Below are positions 50,956 through 61,940 of a DNA stretch of 64,000 nt, piece by piece. A program made the position numbers and the translations under genes. Origin of the DNA: an uncultured archaeon (GTDB taxonomy: Archaea; Asgardarchaeota; Lokiarchaeia; Sigyniarchaeales; SOKP01); the NCBI GenBank assembly GCA_964525635.1, contig CAZGJX010000003.1:44189-108188 (forward strand), given 5' to 3'. The notes beneath the pieces were generated by a model that made no database searches, was not told the DNA's origin, and saw nothing but the letters and a program-made list of their open reading frames with translations. Numbering within the stretch: position 1 is the stretch's first letter; the number at the start of each line of letters is the position of its first letter.

Positions 50956-52887
50956 TTATTTTATTTTATATTCCTTAAATTGATTAATGATTTTTTCATA
51001 GAATTGTAATGTTTCTAATAAATTGCCATTATTTAAGGAATTAATACCATCTCTAGCAAGATCTTTAATGCTATTTTTTAGTTCCTCATATTTATATAAT
51101 TCCATTAATCTATAGTTAAAATTAAGAACATTTTTTTCTATATTCTCGATAGACCATTTAATAATATTACCTATTTCAGTTTCATTTTGTTCTGAAGGTA
51201 ATATATTTTTAGGTTCTTTAATTGAACTGATATAATACGAGGGGATAATATCTTCTATAACTAATCCATTTAATTGGTTTCCATATGAATTATTAAAAGG
51301 CATTTTTGCTTCAAATATACCCTCTAATTGAAGGGAATTTAAATTATTATGTGTATTGATTATTTTTATTTGATCGTTAAAAATATATATAATAGTTCTT
51401 GAAATTCGCCTGCGAAGTTGATAATTAATTTCGATATTTTCTTTCAGTTGGATATTTTCAAGTTTCCATTTATATTCTATTCCATCTTTAGTAAGTTGTT
51501 TATCGGGAGTTTTTTCTACTTCTTTATTATTTATTTTTATATTAGTGATCTCAAAATTATATGGGACTAAATCTATAAGAATTGCTTCTTCAATTATCTC
51601 ATCAAAGGGATTAGAAAATCCAGAATGCCCATATAATAGCAATTTTTCATTATTTTTATTTATTTTTTTTATTTCCGTGTCTTTTTCGAATTCATGAATT
51701 TCTCCTGATAAGCCAAAAAGGAATACTTTAGTTTTTATATTTTTATTTATTTTTACACGATGTTTTTCAAGTAAAACTCCAAGTTTTTCAAGTTTCTTAT
51801 TAGGTTCTTTACTTAAGTTTTCAAGAATTTCACTTACAGAGTATTCATATATTATTGGTAATGTATTCTCATTAACCTCTATAACTTTTTTTATTTCTTT
51901 CATTTCATTGATTAATTGCTCAGATTCAATCAGTTTTTCCTTATTCTTTTCTTCTAATTCAGATTTAATTTCTTTTAGAACTAACTTATATTTTTCTTTG
52001 ATCTCAGACTTTTTATGCTCTTCTGAAATGTTAATTAATTTCTCACATATTTTTAAAGCGGCATATAATTGGGATTTTTCACGATTTGTATTTAAATTTG
52101 TTTCTAGATTTTCAATCTTATTAAAAAAAACTTCATTTTTTTCTTTGAATTTTATTAAATCATTTTTTAGATTAACAAGATTCTCTTCATAGCCTTGAAT
52201 TTCGTTTTCTTGAATTAGTTTTAAAGAGTTTTCAATTTTTGACAAAATAGCATCATATTGATCTTGATTCCATGATTTAATTAATTCTTTCTTAGAGGTT
52301 TCTATTTCATTTAGAGCTTGTTCCACTTGCTTATTTATATTCCTCCTCTTTACTTCACTGATAAAATCCTCTTGATCAATTATGATCGATCTATCATCAA
52401 AATTTTGTGCTAACTGAATTATTTTATCTGAAATTTCAATTGCTTGGTTATATTCTTCAGAAAGGAGATATTTATCTGCTTGAGTCTTTAAATCATCTAT
52501 TTCCGACATTATAGGAAATAATTTATTTTCTTGATCTTCTATTTTTTTAGTGAGCTGTTCCTTTGTTATTGTAATTCCACCAGTTTTCATACTATCAAAA
52601 AAATCTTGAGTTTCTGATTTTGCATCAATTGTTATATTTCGGAGTATTCTTAATTCAGGGTAGCTTTTCAAAAAAATTGCTCTAACACTCGCAATATAAT
52701 TTTTCAATGATTCAGATACATATTCCCCAACCCAGATATAAAGACGTTTCTGTTTGAATATATATATAGCTAAGAGGGATACAACTGAAAAATAATCGAG
52801 AATATTTTCGGGATTCTCATTTTCTTCACAACTTTCAAAACTCCCACGATATCGTAGACGAAAAATCTTTATTCCAGAGGATTGCAT
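50956..52887 (-). CDS. Gelsolin-like domain + helical repeats + two beta-sandwich domains
   Basis: N-terminal IKIFRL...LYIWVGEYVS...ITIDAKSETQDFF matches the gelsolin-domain pattern. Confidence 0.65.
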   Translation of the reverse strand: MQSSGIKIFRLRYRGSFESCEENENPENILDYFSVVSLLAIYIFKQKRLYIWVGEYVSESLKNYIASVRAIFLKSYPELRILRNITIDAKSETQDFFDSMKTGGITITKEQLTKKIEDQENKLFPIMSEIDDLKTQADKYLLSEEYNQAIEISDKIIQLAQNFDDRSIIIDQEDFISEVKRRNINKQVEQALNEIETSKKELIKSWNQDQYDAILSKIENSLKLIQENEIQGYEENLVNLKNDLIKFKEKNEVFFNKIENLETNLNTNREKSQLYAALKICEKLINISEEHKKSEIKEKYKLVLKEIKSELEEKNKEKLIESEQLINEMKEIKKVIEVNENTLPIIYEYSVSEILENLSKEPNKKLEKLGVLLEKHRVKINKNIKTKVFLFGLSGEIHEFEKDTEIKKINKNNEKLLLYGHSGFSNPFDEIIEEAILIDLVPYNFEITNIKINNKEVEKTPDKQLTKDGIEYKWKLENIQLKENIEINYQLRRRISRTIIYIFNDQIKIINTHNNLNSLQLEGIFEAKMPFNNSYGNQLNGLVIEDIIPSYYISSIKEPKNILPSEQNETEIGNIIKWSIENIEKNVLNFNYRLMELYKYEELKNSIKDLARDGINSLNNGNLLETLQFYEKIINQFKEYKIK

Positions 52888-53091
52888 TATAATCTTAATA
52901 TTTTATGTTTTAATTTATAATTTTCAGAATTTTAATTATTTAATAAAAAGTAATACTCATAATATTTAATTATTTTATATGGATTTTTTTGATGTATTTT
53001 CATATATTCAATTTAATTATGAATTAAATTAATAAAATAATAAAGATAAGCCAATATTAAGGCCTATGATTTTAGGAATGTACTTGATCTT

Positions 53092-54276
53092 TTATTTTAA
53101 AAAATCTTCAATAAGATTATATACCGTTTCAAGTGTCTCTAAATCAGGTAGAAATGTTAATCTTAAATGATTCTTTCCGAAGTTTCCAAAACCTGAACCA
53201 AACACAGTACAAATACCAGTTTCTTTTAATAATTCAATAACGAATTCCTTATCATTTTTCCATTTTTTAAACTCATTAAAATCAATCTTAGGAAAGAGAT
53301 AAAAAGCACCATCAGCATTGTTAACTGAGATTCCTTCAATTTGTCTCAATCTTTTATATGAATAATCTCTTCTTTCTTTTAATTTTTCAACCATTTTATT
53401 GGTGTGAGGGCCGGGATTTTTTAGTGCCTCAATAGCAGCAAATTGAGCAATTGAATTTGCACATAGTCTTGCTCTAGCCATTTTCTCTATTGATTCTTTC
53501 AGTTCAATTAATTGCTCCTTTGGATCATAATAATAAATGTAGCCCATCCTCCAACCTGTAGCAAGATGAGCTTTTGAAAATCCATTTAGTCCAATAATTG
53601 GTATATCCTCTGTAAGAGTTGCTGGACAAAAATATTCTTTTTCAAAAACAATTTGATCATATATCTCATCTGAGATAATTGGTATTTTGTATTCTCCTGC
53701 TAGATTTATTATATCTTTCATATTTTTAGAATTATATAAGACACCTGTAGGATTATTTGGAGAATTAATTATAATTGCTTTAGTTTTTTGTGTTATCTTT
53801 TTTCTCATATCATCAACATTTGGCTCCCAATCATTTGATTCATCAAGTTCATACTCTATAGGAACGCCATCAAAGAATTTAGAATAAGTAATATAAATTG
53901 GGTAGGAAGGACCTGGGACTAAAATCTCATTTTGTTTTTCTAATAATCCTGCTAGTAAGAAAAATAATCCTTCTGTTACTCCTGAAGTTATTAAAATATC
54001 ATTTGGTGTTATATCAATTGAATTTTTTGATTTTTCATACTTACATACTTCTTTTCTCAATTCAGGAACACCAAGGGAATCCACATAATAATTTTGCCCT
54101 GCAAAAGTCGCATCTGCTAACGCTTGTGAGATATATCTGGGTGTCATAAAGTCATATTTTACTGGATCGCCGATGTTTAAATGATATATTTCCTTCCCAG
54201 ATCTCTCGACTTCATTAGCTATAACCGCAATATCTCTAATTGCATAAGAAATATCTTTTAATCTTTCCGTAACCAT
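53092..54276 (-). CDS. Class I/II PLP aminotransferase (alanine aminotransferase-like)
   Basis: LNIGDP, NSPNNPTG, SDEIY, GFSK...TGWRMGY, GAFY. Confidence 0.9.
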   Translation of the reverse strand: MVTERLKDISYAIRDIAVIANEVERSGKEIYHLNIGDPVKYDFMTPRYISQALADATFAGQNYYVDSLGVPELRKEVCKYEKSKNSIDITPNDILITSGVTEGLFFLLAGLLEKQNEILVPGPSYPIYITYSKFFDGVPIEYELDESNDWEPNVDDMRKKITQKTKAIIINSPNNPTGVLYNSKNMKDIINLAGEYKIPIISDEIYDQIVFEKEYFCPATLTEDIPIIGLNGFSKAHLATGWRMGYIYYYDPKEQLIELKESIEKMARARLCANSIAQFAAIEALKNPGPHTNKMVEKLKERRDYSYKRLRQIEGISVNNADGAFYLFPKIDFNEFKKWKNDKEFVIELLKETGICTVFGSGFGNFGKNHLRLTFLPDLETLETVYNLIEDFLK

Positions 54277-54449
54277 TAAAATTCACAGTATCAACAAAAA
54301 ATAGAAATAATTAATATGCATAAAAATTATGAAAAATTAAAGAACATTATTATAAAATTAATTATATATTTTTCAAAATGTGATATATACACAAAAATAT
54401 AAACTAAAATTTTTATTATTTACAAAAGTAAATTCGGTGTTAAATACTT

Positions 54450-57400
54450 TTGACGGTCATAGAAGGAAAATACGCATATCCATATATAACAGTATTCAAG
54501 AAAGAACCTTTTCAATCCTTTCTTACTGTAAAAAAACAAGATATAGGATTATTTTATTTTAGTCAATATGAGAAGGTTTTAGAATTTTTGAATTATTTTA
54601 CAGAGAATCTCTTTTTTATTCAATCATTAAATCTTGAAGATATTTATTGGTATTTATTATTGAAGAAATATTTAAACGTGACTATAGAACCAGGTATTAA
54701 AGCAAAGATTTATGATTTTATTAAGGGTTGTGAAATAGATAAAGATGGAAAATTAGGATTTAAATTCTCTCTTCATAAGGAACAAAAACAACCAGATATT
54801 TGGTCAACTTATTTAGCGATTTCAAATCTTTATTTATTGGGTGATCTTAGTTTATATCTTAAAACTAAAGGAGAAGGTATTGTTTTAACTCAAATAAAAG
54901 ATTTTATTTCTTTACTTGATAAAGGAGATAAGTTCATACACTGTCTTGAAAAAGATTGTGAAATTTGTAAAAAAAACCTATCTTATAAAACGTTATATTA
55001 TGTCTTAGAAATTTTATTTTTATTAAATCTGGAAGTTAGAGAACATAAATCTAAATTTTCATCATATTTAAAGGATTTGAAAAAAGATCCTTCTATAATT
55101 TTTAAATTATTAAGTCTTAAATTTTTGGATCTCGATCTTAATATTGATGAGAAATTTCTTCATTATTTGCTTGATTTTCAAAAAGATAATGGAGGTTTTA
55201 GTTTTAAAACTGTCAATGGGAAGGTTAATACGACCTTTTGGATAACCTATGTTTTAAACAATTATATATGGCTAATGGATTATAATCCTTCAGGAATATA
55301 TTCATTCATTAATTTACATTTAAATCAAATACTAAAAGATAAATCTTCTTGCTCCTCGAAAAGACTAATAGAAGTCTCAAAACTAATCATTATCCTTTCT
55401 ATAATTTGGGATAAATTAATTGAAGAAATTGAGTCTGTATTATTCAAACAAATTGAAGAAAATAGATATATTGATATTAAACAATTAAAAAACTCGTTTG
55501 GATTATCTGAAGGAATAGAAGAAATTGTGTCATATATTAATTTAAATTATTCGTTTAATCTTAAGATACTAGATAATAATATAGAATTCAAGAATTATTT
55601 GAGAAGTCTTACCCCAGGAGATAAGTTTCTAGCTTCTGAAGTTTTTAACCAAAGTCAAAAAAAGAGTATAATCTCTTTGACGAATATTATGAATAAATAC
55701 AATATGAAATACAATAAAGCGCAAATTAAAATAAAAGATTTTATCCCAATCATAAAAAAAATGATTGAAAATCATTTGTTAAAGGGTGAAATAAAGACTA
55801 AGAAAAAATATCTCTTTGTAACCAAATACTATTTTTATTTAGATTTTGTTTTAGAAAAAATAATAATCTCAGATATGGCTATAAAATGCGAGCAATTATT
55901 CGAAGAAAAGAAGATCATTGAGGACATTAAAAATGATATTTATAATATGACTCTTAAACTTAAAACTACGGTTTCACAAATTAAGGAGGAAATCGAAAGT
56001 TATTTATTAATTAATGAGATAAAAATAGCTAAAGATAGGTTAAAATTTATTACTAGAAATGCTCTTATGGAATCCGATTTTTTGAATGAAAATATAGAAA
56101 ACTCATTTAATGAAGAGTTATATTATATCAATATTCAAGCAACTTTAAGATCTGAAATAACTAATTGGCACAAAACTTACTCTGTTTTAAGTAAAAGAAT
56201 AAATAATATTGAATTGCAATTAAAAGAGAAAATATCTGAGAGAGAAGAAATTAGTAAGTTTGACAATATATTAGATGAATTGGATAATAAGCTTAGTAAT
56301 TTAGAAAATTATTTTAATAAGGAGATTGATAGTTTTCGTATATTTTTAACCACAACACTAGAAGATGGCTATAATTCTGAGAAATTTAATTTGATAGTGG
56401 AAGAATTCAATAAGATCATAAAAAGTATGGCAAAATTTGATAGTGTAATTTATAATGTTTCTCAACAAATTACAAAAAAGGAAGAAAGTCTGCTTAAAAA
56501 ACATAAACAATTAATATCCTATTGGATTGGTATTAAAGAGGATCTAGATAAAGTAATTAATTTTTATTCCGAAGGTTTGCTCTTTTTTAAAGAGAAAATT
56601 AAATTAACTGAGAAAATACTTGATGAAGTAAAATATGAACTCTTAGCGATAAATGAAAAAGCACAAGAAAAAGTTAGAACGAATGACTTTCAAAATGCAT
56701 TTGAAATTATCAAAAAGGAATCAGGGATACTTTTAGAAAAAAATCTTGAAGAAATAAAAACACTTCATAAAGAAGTAAAAAAAGAAATAAAATCAAAACA
56801 TAAGCTCTATATACTTTTTCGATTTCTACAAGAAAAGATAGAAGAGTTAGAAGAAAAAATAATTGAAATTATCTCTAAGGGAACTTATTCTTTAAAAGAA
56901 AAATTAGTTGAAGAGAGAAATAGAGTAAAAATTGAAGAATTTGATAATTTTGTTTCTGAAAAAATTAGTTTAATTAGAAAAGGTCTAACAGATTATAAAA
57001 TTCAATTAGAACATACAATTAAAACATCAAAATTAGATATTCAAGATGTTATAAAGGGTTTTGATGATATCTTAAATGAATTCGAGGAATTTAACTCAAT
57101 ATATCTAAAGAAATTAAATAAGAATCAGGATATCATAGAAAAGATAGATGAAAAATCAAATCTTACAGTTATGCAATGGGAAAGGTTCCGCGAATACGTT
57201 AGAAATGAAATAACAAACTTGAAAGAAGAATACATAAATGAAATTCTTAGCGTGAAAATTCTTTTTATAGCTGAAAATAAAGGTTCAAATTATGTGAATA
57301 TAAAAGAACTTGCGAGAAAGTTGAATATAAAATGTAAGGAAGCTAGTGACAGAATTAGGGAAATGATTGAAATCTCTAGACTCAACGGGGAGATTAATGA

Positions 57401-58877
57401 GGATGATAAATTTGTATTGATTTTTACTAATTATTATTATAAAAATAAAGAGCTAAGAAATTTCATTTATAATCAAATAATTAAATACAATAATGAGACA
57501 ATAGGTAAGACGTTATCTCTTTATGATTCATGTATTAAAAATAGAACCTTGGGAATAAATATGCTGGAGCTCTCAAATAGGATAAATGAATTGGAAGATT
57601 TTGACGAAAAAATGCAAGAGAGATTCGAAAATAAAGTAAAAGAACTTATTATTGATATTGAGAGTAGAAAAGAATTTAAAGAAACAAAAGATTATTTCAG
57701 AAATATTATTGATGATTCAAAAAGCGGAATTGAAAATATTAAAAATAATCTAAATCAATTTAAATCACTTCAAAATCTTGTTAATATAGAATATAATAAT
57801 TTAACAATTGATTTTAGTCAAAAATTCCAAAAAATAGAAGAAGATCTTGATAAATTAGATACTTTCGAGAAAATGAATGCTTATTTCGAAAGTATTAAAG
57901 TTAAGCTGGAAGAAAAAATAAAAGAAAGACAAGAAAAACTTGAGATTAAACTTAAAGATTCAATTGAAAAAAATAGTGAAACCATAAAATTAAATCCTGA
58001 AATAAGAGAATTCTTTGTTAAAAAGAAAAATATTTTTTTGCATGATTATGATGAGAAAATAAGGAATATAAATTATAAAATTAGTCGAAAGAAAAATGAA
58101 ATTCTTCAGGGAGAATTGCTAGATTTTATCAATAATAGTAAAATCCAACTAAACCAATTATTGGGTGTATTGCAAACAAGAATAGAAGATGATGTTGAAG
58201 TAAAGGAATTTAAAAGAGCGACTAATAACATTGATAAGAGAATAACCAATATTAAAGTTCTATTGAAAATAAATAAAAGAAATTTGAAGGATCTTATTAG
58301 AGATATTAGTAGACAAGCAAAAGATTTTGAAACCAAGAATAAATATATCTTAGATGATTTTAACCAATATTTAATAGAATATAAATCAATTTTACTTGAG
58401 AAAGCTAAAACTCTTGAAAGATATATTTTAAGATCATTCATAGAAATGGCTATTAAGGCCGTTTCAAATGAATATCTAACCCTAGGTTTTATGAATAAAG
58501 AAATAGCAATAAAAAAGCAAAACATTCAAGATCATCTCTTAACTTTAATTAGTCAGGATAAATTAAAAGGTAAATATGATCCTCGGTTGGGATTATATTA
58601 TGAAAATCCTGATGTTATCGAAAATTTAGATGAAACTGAACTAGAAGTTATGAAGAAAATGAATTATAAAGTCTATATGTTCATGAACCGTCTAAAAAAT
58701 TTTACCAGCCATTATTATTCAATTATTGGATTCTTTGCTAGTATGTTCACACTTAGTTACTATTTATTGTTATTTAGTGGATGGAATCTCGCTGTATTAA
58801 TCATTCCTATATTAATTATTATTGTATTATTTTATTATCTATTCACAAGAAGAAAAGAAAAGAAAATGGATATTTGA
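54450..58877 (+). CDS. Large protein: prenyltransferase-like barrel repeats, long coiled coils, several PCI-like winged helices, two C-terminal TMs
   Basis: PDIWSTYLA and FQKDNGGFS..NTTFW repeats; MIENHLLKGEI, MIEISRLNGEI and LISQDKLKGKYD PCI-like ends; hydrophobic C-terminus followed by RRKEKK. Confidence 0.65.
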   Translation: MTVIEGKYAYPYITVFKKEPFQSFLTVKKQDIGLFYFSQYEKVLEFLNYFTENLFFIQSLNLEDIYWYLLLKKYLNVTIEPGIKAKIYDFIKGCEIDKDGKLGFKFSLHKEQKQPDIWSTYLAISNLYLLGDLSLYLKTKGEGIVLTQIKDFISLLDKGDKFIHCLEKDCEICKKNLSYKTLYYVLEILFLLNLEVREHKSKFSSYLKDLKKDPSIIFKLLSLKFLDLDLNIDEKFLHYLLDFQKDNGGFSFKTVNGKVNTTFWITYVLNNYIWLMDYNPSGIYSFINLHLNQILKDKSSCSSKRLIEVSKLIIILSIIWDKLIEEIESVLFKQIEENRYIDIKQLKNSFGLSEGIEEIVSYINLNYSFNLKILDNNIEFKNYLRSLTPGDKFLASEVFNQSQKKSIISLTNIMNKYNMKYNKAQIKIKDFIPIIKKMIENHLLKGEIKTKKKYLFVTKYYFYLDFVLEKIIISDMAIKCEQLFEEKKIIEDIKNDIYNMTLKLKTTVSQIKEEIESYLLINEIKIAKDRLKFITRNALMESDFLNENIENSFNEELYYINIQATLRSEITNWHKTYSVLSKRINNIELQLKEKISEREEISKFDNILDELDNKLSNLENYFNKEIDSFRIFLTTTLEDGYNSEKFNLIVEEFNKIIKSMAKFDSVIYNVSQQITKKEESLLKKHKQLISYWIGIKEDLDKVINFYSEGLLFFKEKIKLTEKILDEVKYELLAINEKAQEKVRTNDFQNAFEIIKKESGILLEKNLEEIKTLHKEVKKEIKSKHKLYILFRFLQEKIEELEEKIIEIISKGTYSLKEKLVEERNRVKIEEFDNFVSEKISLIRKGLTDYKIQLEHTIKTSKLDIQDVIKGFDDILNEFEEFNSIYLKKLNKNQDIIEKIDEKSNLTVMQWERFREYVRNEITNLKEEYINEILSVKILFIAENKGSNYVNIKELARKLNIKCKEASDRIREMIEISRLNGEINEDDKFVLIFTNYYYKNKELRNFIYNQIIKYNNETIGKTLSLYDSCIKNRTLGINMLELSNRINELEDFDEKMQERFENKVKELIIDIESRKEFKETKDYFRNIIDDSKSGIENIKNNLNQFKSLQNLVNIEYNNLTIDFSQKFQKIEEDLDKLDTFEKMNAYFESIKVKLEEKIKERQEKLEIKLKDSIEKNSETIKLNPEIREFFVKKKNIFLHDYDEKIRNINYKISRKKNEILQGELLDFINNSKIQLNQLLGVLQTRIEDDVEVKEFKRATNNIDKRITNIKVLLKINKRNLKDLIRDISRQAKDFETKNKYILDDFNQYLIEYKSILLEKAKTLERYILRSFIEMAIKAVSNEYLTLGFMNKEIAIKKQNIQDHLLTLISQDKLKGKYDPRLGLYYENPDVIENLDETELEVMKKMNYKVYMFMNRLKNFTSHYYSIIGFFASMFTLSYYLLLFSGWNLAVLIIPILIIIVLFYYLFTRRKEKKMDI

Positions 58878-58908
58878 TAATTTTTAATCATAATTACTAT
58901 TTTTCCTT

Positions 58909-59379
58909 TTAACAAAAATCTATTGCACATTTAAAATATTTAAATACATCTATTCTTTCAAAATCACTAAATCTAATTGGGAATCTAATTTCTCCTATTA
59001 TTTTTAGGATCTCAGAAGATAGACTATTTAATTTCAATGGATCAGATGGTTTTGACCAAATTTCATACATGTTAATTCTATTATTTATACGATGGACATC
59101 ATACCAATCAAAAGTATATATGCCTTGGCTAGCTCGTTTAATAGCATAATCCTGACATGGATCATTAATATAAAGGGTATAATTACTATATAGGGGTAAA
59201 TCCGAGATTAATTTTTTCACATTATCATATTCAGGTCTTTTTTTAATTATATTTAATGGAATTGGTCCTTATCCTCCATTTGTAAAATATGAAATATTGC
59301 CATCTATATCTATACCAAACCATTCATAATCCAAATACATTGGATATAAATCTTTATATTTCTCAAAATCAGAATCCAT
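58909..59379 (-). pseudogene. Conserved-looking hypothetical gene with one in-frame TAA
   Basis: ATG 59379 MDSDFEK...DYEWFGIDIDGNISYFTNGG*GPIP continues in frame into ORF 58909..59220; TAA at 59269-59271. Confidence 0.65.
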
Positions 59380-59439
59380 TTTAAATAAATAATTCTTTTT
59401 ATTTTATTTTAAAAAACTAATTAACAATATATTTATAAT

Positions 59440-61602
59440 TTAATCAAGATCTTTTGCCAATTCAACATAATGATTATTTTTTCTGAGATAACCTAAATAA
59501 CAAGCTTGATTAAAATGAATATAAAATTTTTCTTCAACTATTTCTTCAATTTCAGCAAGTTTTTTTAATTTTTTTATTTCCATTTTTCCATTCTTATTAT
59601 GAAACTTTACTAATTTAATAACTGTTTTCAGATTTTTATTTAAATATACTTTTTTAGATTTTTTTCTTTGGTTGGAATACTTACCTTTTATTCTTAACAT
59701 TTTTTGTTTTAATTTATTTTTGTTTAACTCAGCAATATCAGAAAAAAAAGGAACATCGTGAGTTTTTAATTTTTTATATTCTTCACTTTCAGAGAATTCA
59801 TCGATCTTATTTATAATTTCATCAATAGATCTGGTTGCAAGAATTTCTTTTTCTTTTTCCTTCCTTTCATTTAAATTCTTTACTAATTCAAAATAATCAA
59901 CATTTTCTTTTTTATTAATAAAAGATATATCTTCACGGACTATATCTTCAATTAAGTCTAATTGATCAGAATTAACCAAAACAGAGTTCATAGTATTTTC
60001 TTTTCTTTGAGCAACTTTAAAAAAAGGAATATCAACTGTATTTTCAGTAATTAAGATATAACATCTACCGTCAGAATGCCTTCCAGTTCTTCCTCTTCTT
60101 TGTATATGCCTTATTTCAGAAGGTACAGGTTCATAAAAGATAATAGCATCAACATTGGGAATATCTAATCCTTCTTCAGCGATACTTGTTGCTGTTAAAA
60201 CATTTATTTCTCCATTTCTAAAATCTTTTAATATTTTAATCTGTTCTTTTTGAGAATATCCATAATCATTAATTTTAGAGGATTGTCCAATAAATTTCTC
60301 AGCAATTAGAGAATTTAATAATTCTTTATTTATTTCATTTTTTAGAATATCTGCTATTTCTCTATACTGGGTAAAAATCAGAATTTTTTTATTTGAAAAC
60401 ACTTTGATTTCTTTTTTAATAATGGAAATAACGGTTTCAATTTTAGGATGAACTAATTCTTTTAATTCTGTATTAGCTAAAATATTAGAAATCATTTTAA
60501 AATGTTCGGAATTTACAATTCTTTTTGAGGATCTATTCTCTTGTTCAGTCTTATATTCTAATTTTTCTAGAAAGTTTTTAAAAATACGTATATCTTGAGT
60601 TTCTAATAAATCCTTAGAATGAAGTAAAGAGATACAACTAGAACAATATGAATATACTGAATGAATATCTAAATTATTTTTATGAATTATATCTATAATC
60701 TTAGGACATTTAAAGTGAAGCCCATTCAAATACTCTTCTTTATCAAAATAACCACTATTTACTAAATCATGGTATTTCAATGAAAATGATAGATCTTCAG
60801 CAATTTTTAAAAAATCTAATTTTGAATAATATTTTTTATAGGGATTTATTAAATCTCGCTCTATGAAGAATTTTAGAAATCTATCAAATAGGTTTTCTAA
60901 AATTTTCCCTAATTCTAAAATTTTAATAGGTAATTCAATATTTTCCAGAATAATATCTATATTATGAACATATTGCTTTACATCATCATCATCATAATTT
61001 TTAAAGACAATATTTTCAATATAAAGATTATTACATAACTCTTGGATATTTAAACAATCTTTACCAGGAGAAGCTGTCAATCCTATTATTAACGGATCTC
61101 TGCATGCTTTTATATAATCCTCTCCTATAAAACAATAAGCATAGTTTCCTTTTGTCCTATGAGCTTCATCAAAAATAATTAAAGCAACTTGTTCTAGATT
61201 ATATCTATTTCTTAGTAAATCATTTTTAATAACTTGAGGTGTGGAAATAATAATCCTAGAATTATGAAATAAAGAAATACGTTTAGAAGGGGGCGTTTTT
61301 CCTGTAAAAAAGATTATTTTTTCCCTATTAATATCAATAAATTTAATACAGGCGTCATAATGTTGCATTACTAATGGTCTGGTTGGAGCTAAAACTATTA
61401 TTTTTCCAAATTTTGTGTATTTTTTAAGTCTATCTATAATTAATAAGATACCAATAATTGTTTTTCCTAAGCCAGTTGGTAAAACAATCAGAGAATTTTG
61501 ATTTTTACATTTTGTAAGAATATTTTCTTGATATTGTCGATATTCTATCTTATTATATTTTAGGAAACATTCATTATAGAATTTTTGTTTATGTTTTTCC
61601 AT
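59440..61602 (-). CDS. hef: Hef/FANCM/Mph1-type SF2 helicase
   Basis: YRQYQ, LPTGLGKT, APTRPL, STPQ, DEAHR, GLTASP, EEGLDIP, QRRGRTGR. Confidence 0.85.
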   Translation of the reverse strand: MEKHKQKFYNECFLKYNKIEYRQYQENILTKCKNQNSLIVLPTGLGKTIIGILLIIDRLKKYTKFGKIIVLAPTRPLVMQHYDACIKFIDINREKIIFFTGKTPPSKRISLFHNSRIIISTPQVIKNDLLRNRYNLEQVALIIFDEAHRTKGNYAYCFIGEDYIKACRDPLIIGLTASPGKDCLNIQELCNNLYIENIVFKNYDDDDVKQYVHNIDIILENIELPIKILELGKILENLFDRFLKFFIERDLINPYKKYYSKLDFLKIAEDLSFSLKYHDLVNSGYFDKEEYLNGLHFKCPKIIDIIHKNNLDIHSVYSYCSSCISLLHSKDLLETQDIRIFKNFLEKLEYKTEQENRSSKRIVNSEHFKMISNILANTELKELVHPKIETVISIIKKEIKVFSNKKILIFTQYREIADILKNEINKELLNSLIAEKFIGQSSKINDYGYSQKEQIKILKDFRNGEINVLTATSIAEEGLDIPNVDAIIFYEPVPSEIRHIQRRGRTGRHSDGRCYILITENTVDIPFFKVAQRKENTMNSVLVNSDQLDLIEDIVREDISFINKKENVDYFELVKNLNERKEKEKEILATRSIDEIINKIDEFSESEEYKKLKTHDVPFFSDIAELNKNKLKQKMLRIKGKYSNQRKKSKKVYLNKNLKTVIKLVKFHNKNGKMEIKKLKKLAEIEEIVEEKFYIHFNQACYLGYLRKNNHYVELAKDLD

Positions 61603-61940
61603 ATTTAATGCAAATTATTTATAGTTCTTTTTAAAAATACTTAGTGTGAAAGTTTTTTATTAAATTGTATTATTTTTTTTTCACTTTATTAAATTTCATT
61701 AAATCTAAATATAAATCTATATATTTAAATCACGCAATTTGAAGATTAATCTAAAAAATAATGTAAATAAACTATGATAAAAAAACAAAAAATATTATTA
61801 ATCCTACCATTTATAATCTTTATTAAAATGTCTGGAATTTTTCAAGGATTGAGCTTCATCTTTAAAAAAGCTATTTTTTTTGAGAGAGAGATTATATCTT
61901 CTATATGATAATATTAACTAATTATAAATAGGAAAAAATA

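Noticed and set aside
14869-59379. Stop-codon reassignment (Pyl, Sec or alternative code) to explain in-frame stops
   Set aside because: All three stop types occur internally, often with frameshifts, and all three also end intact genes.
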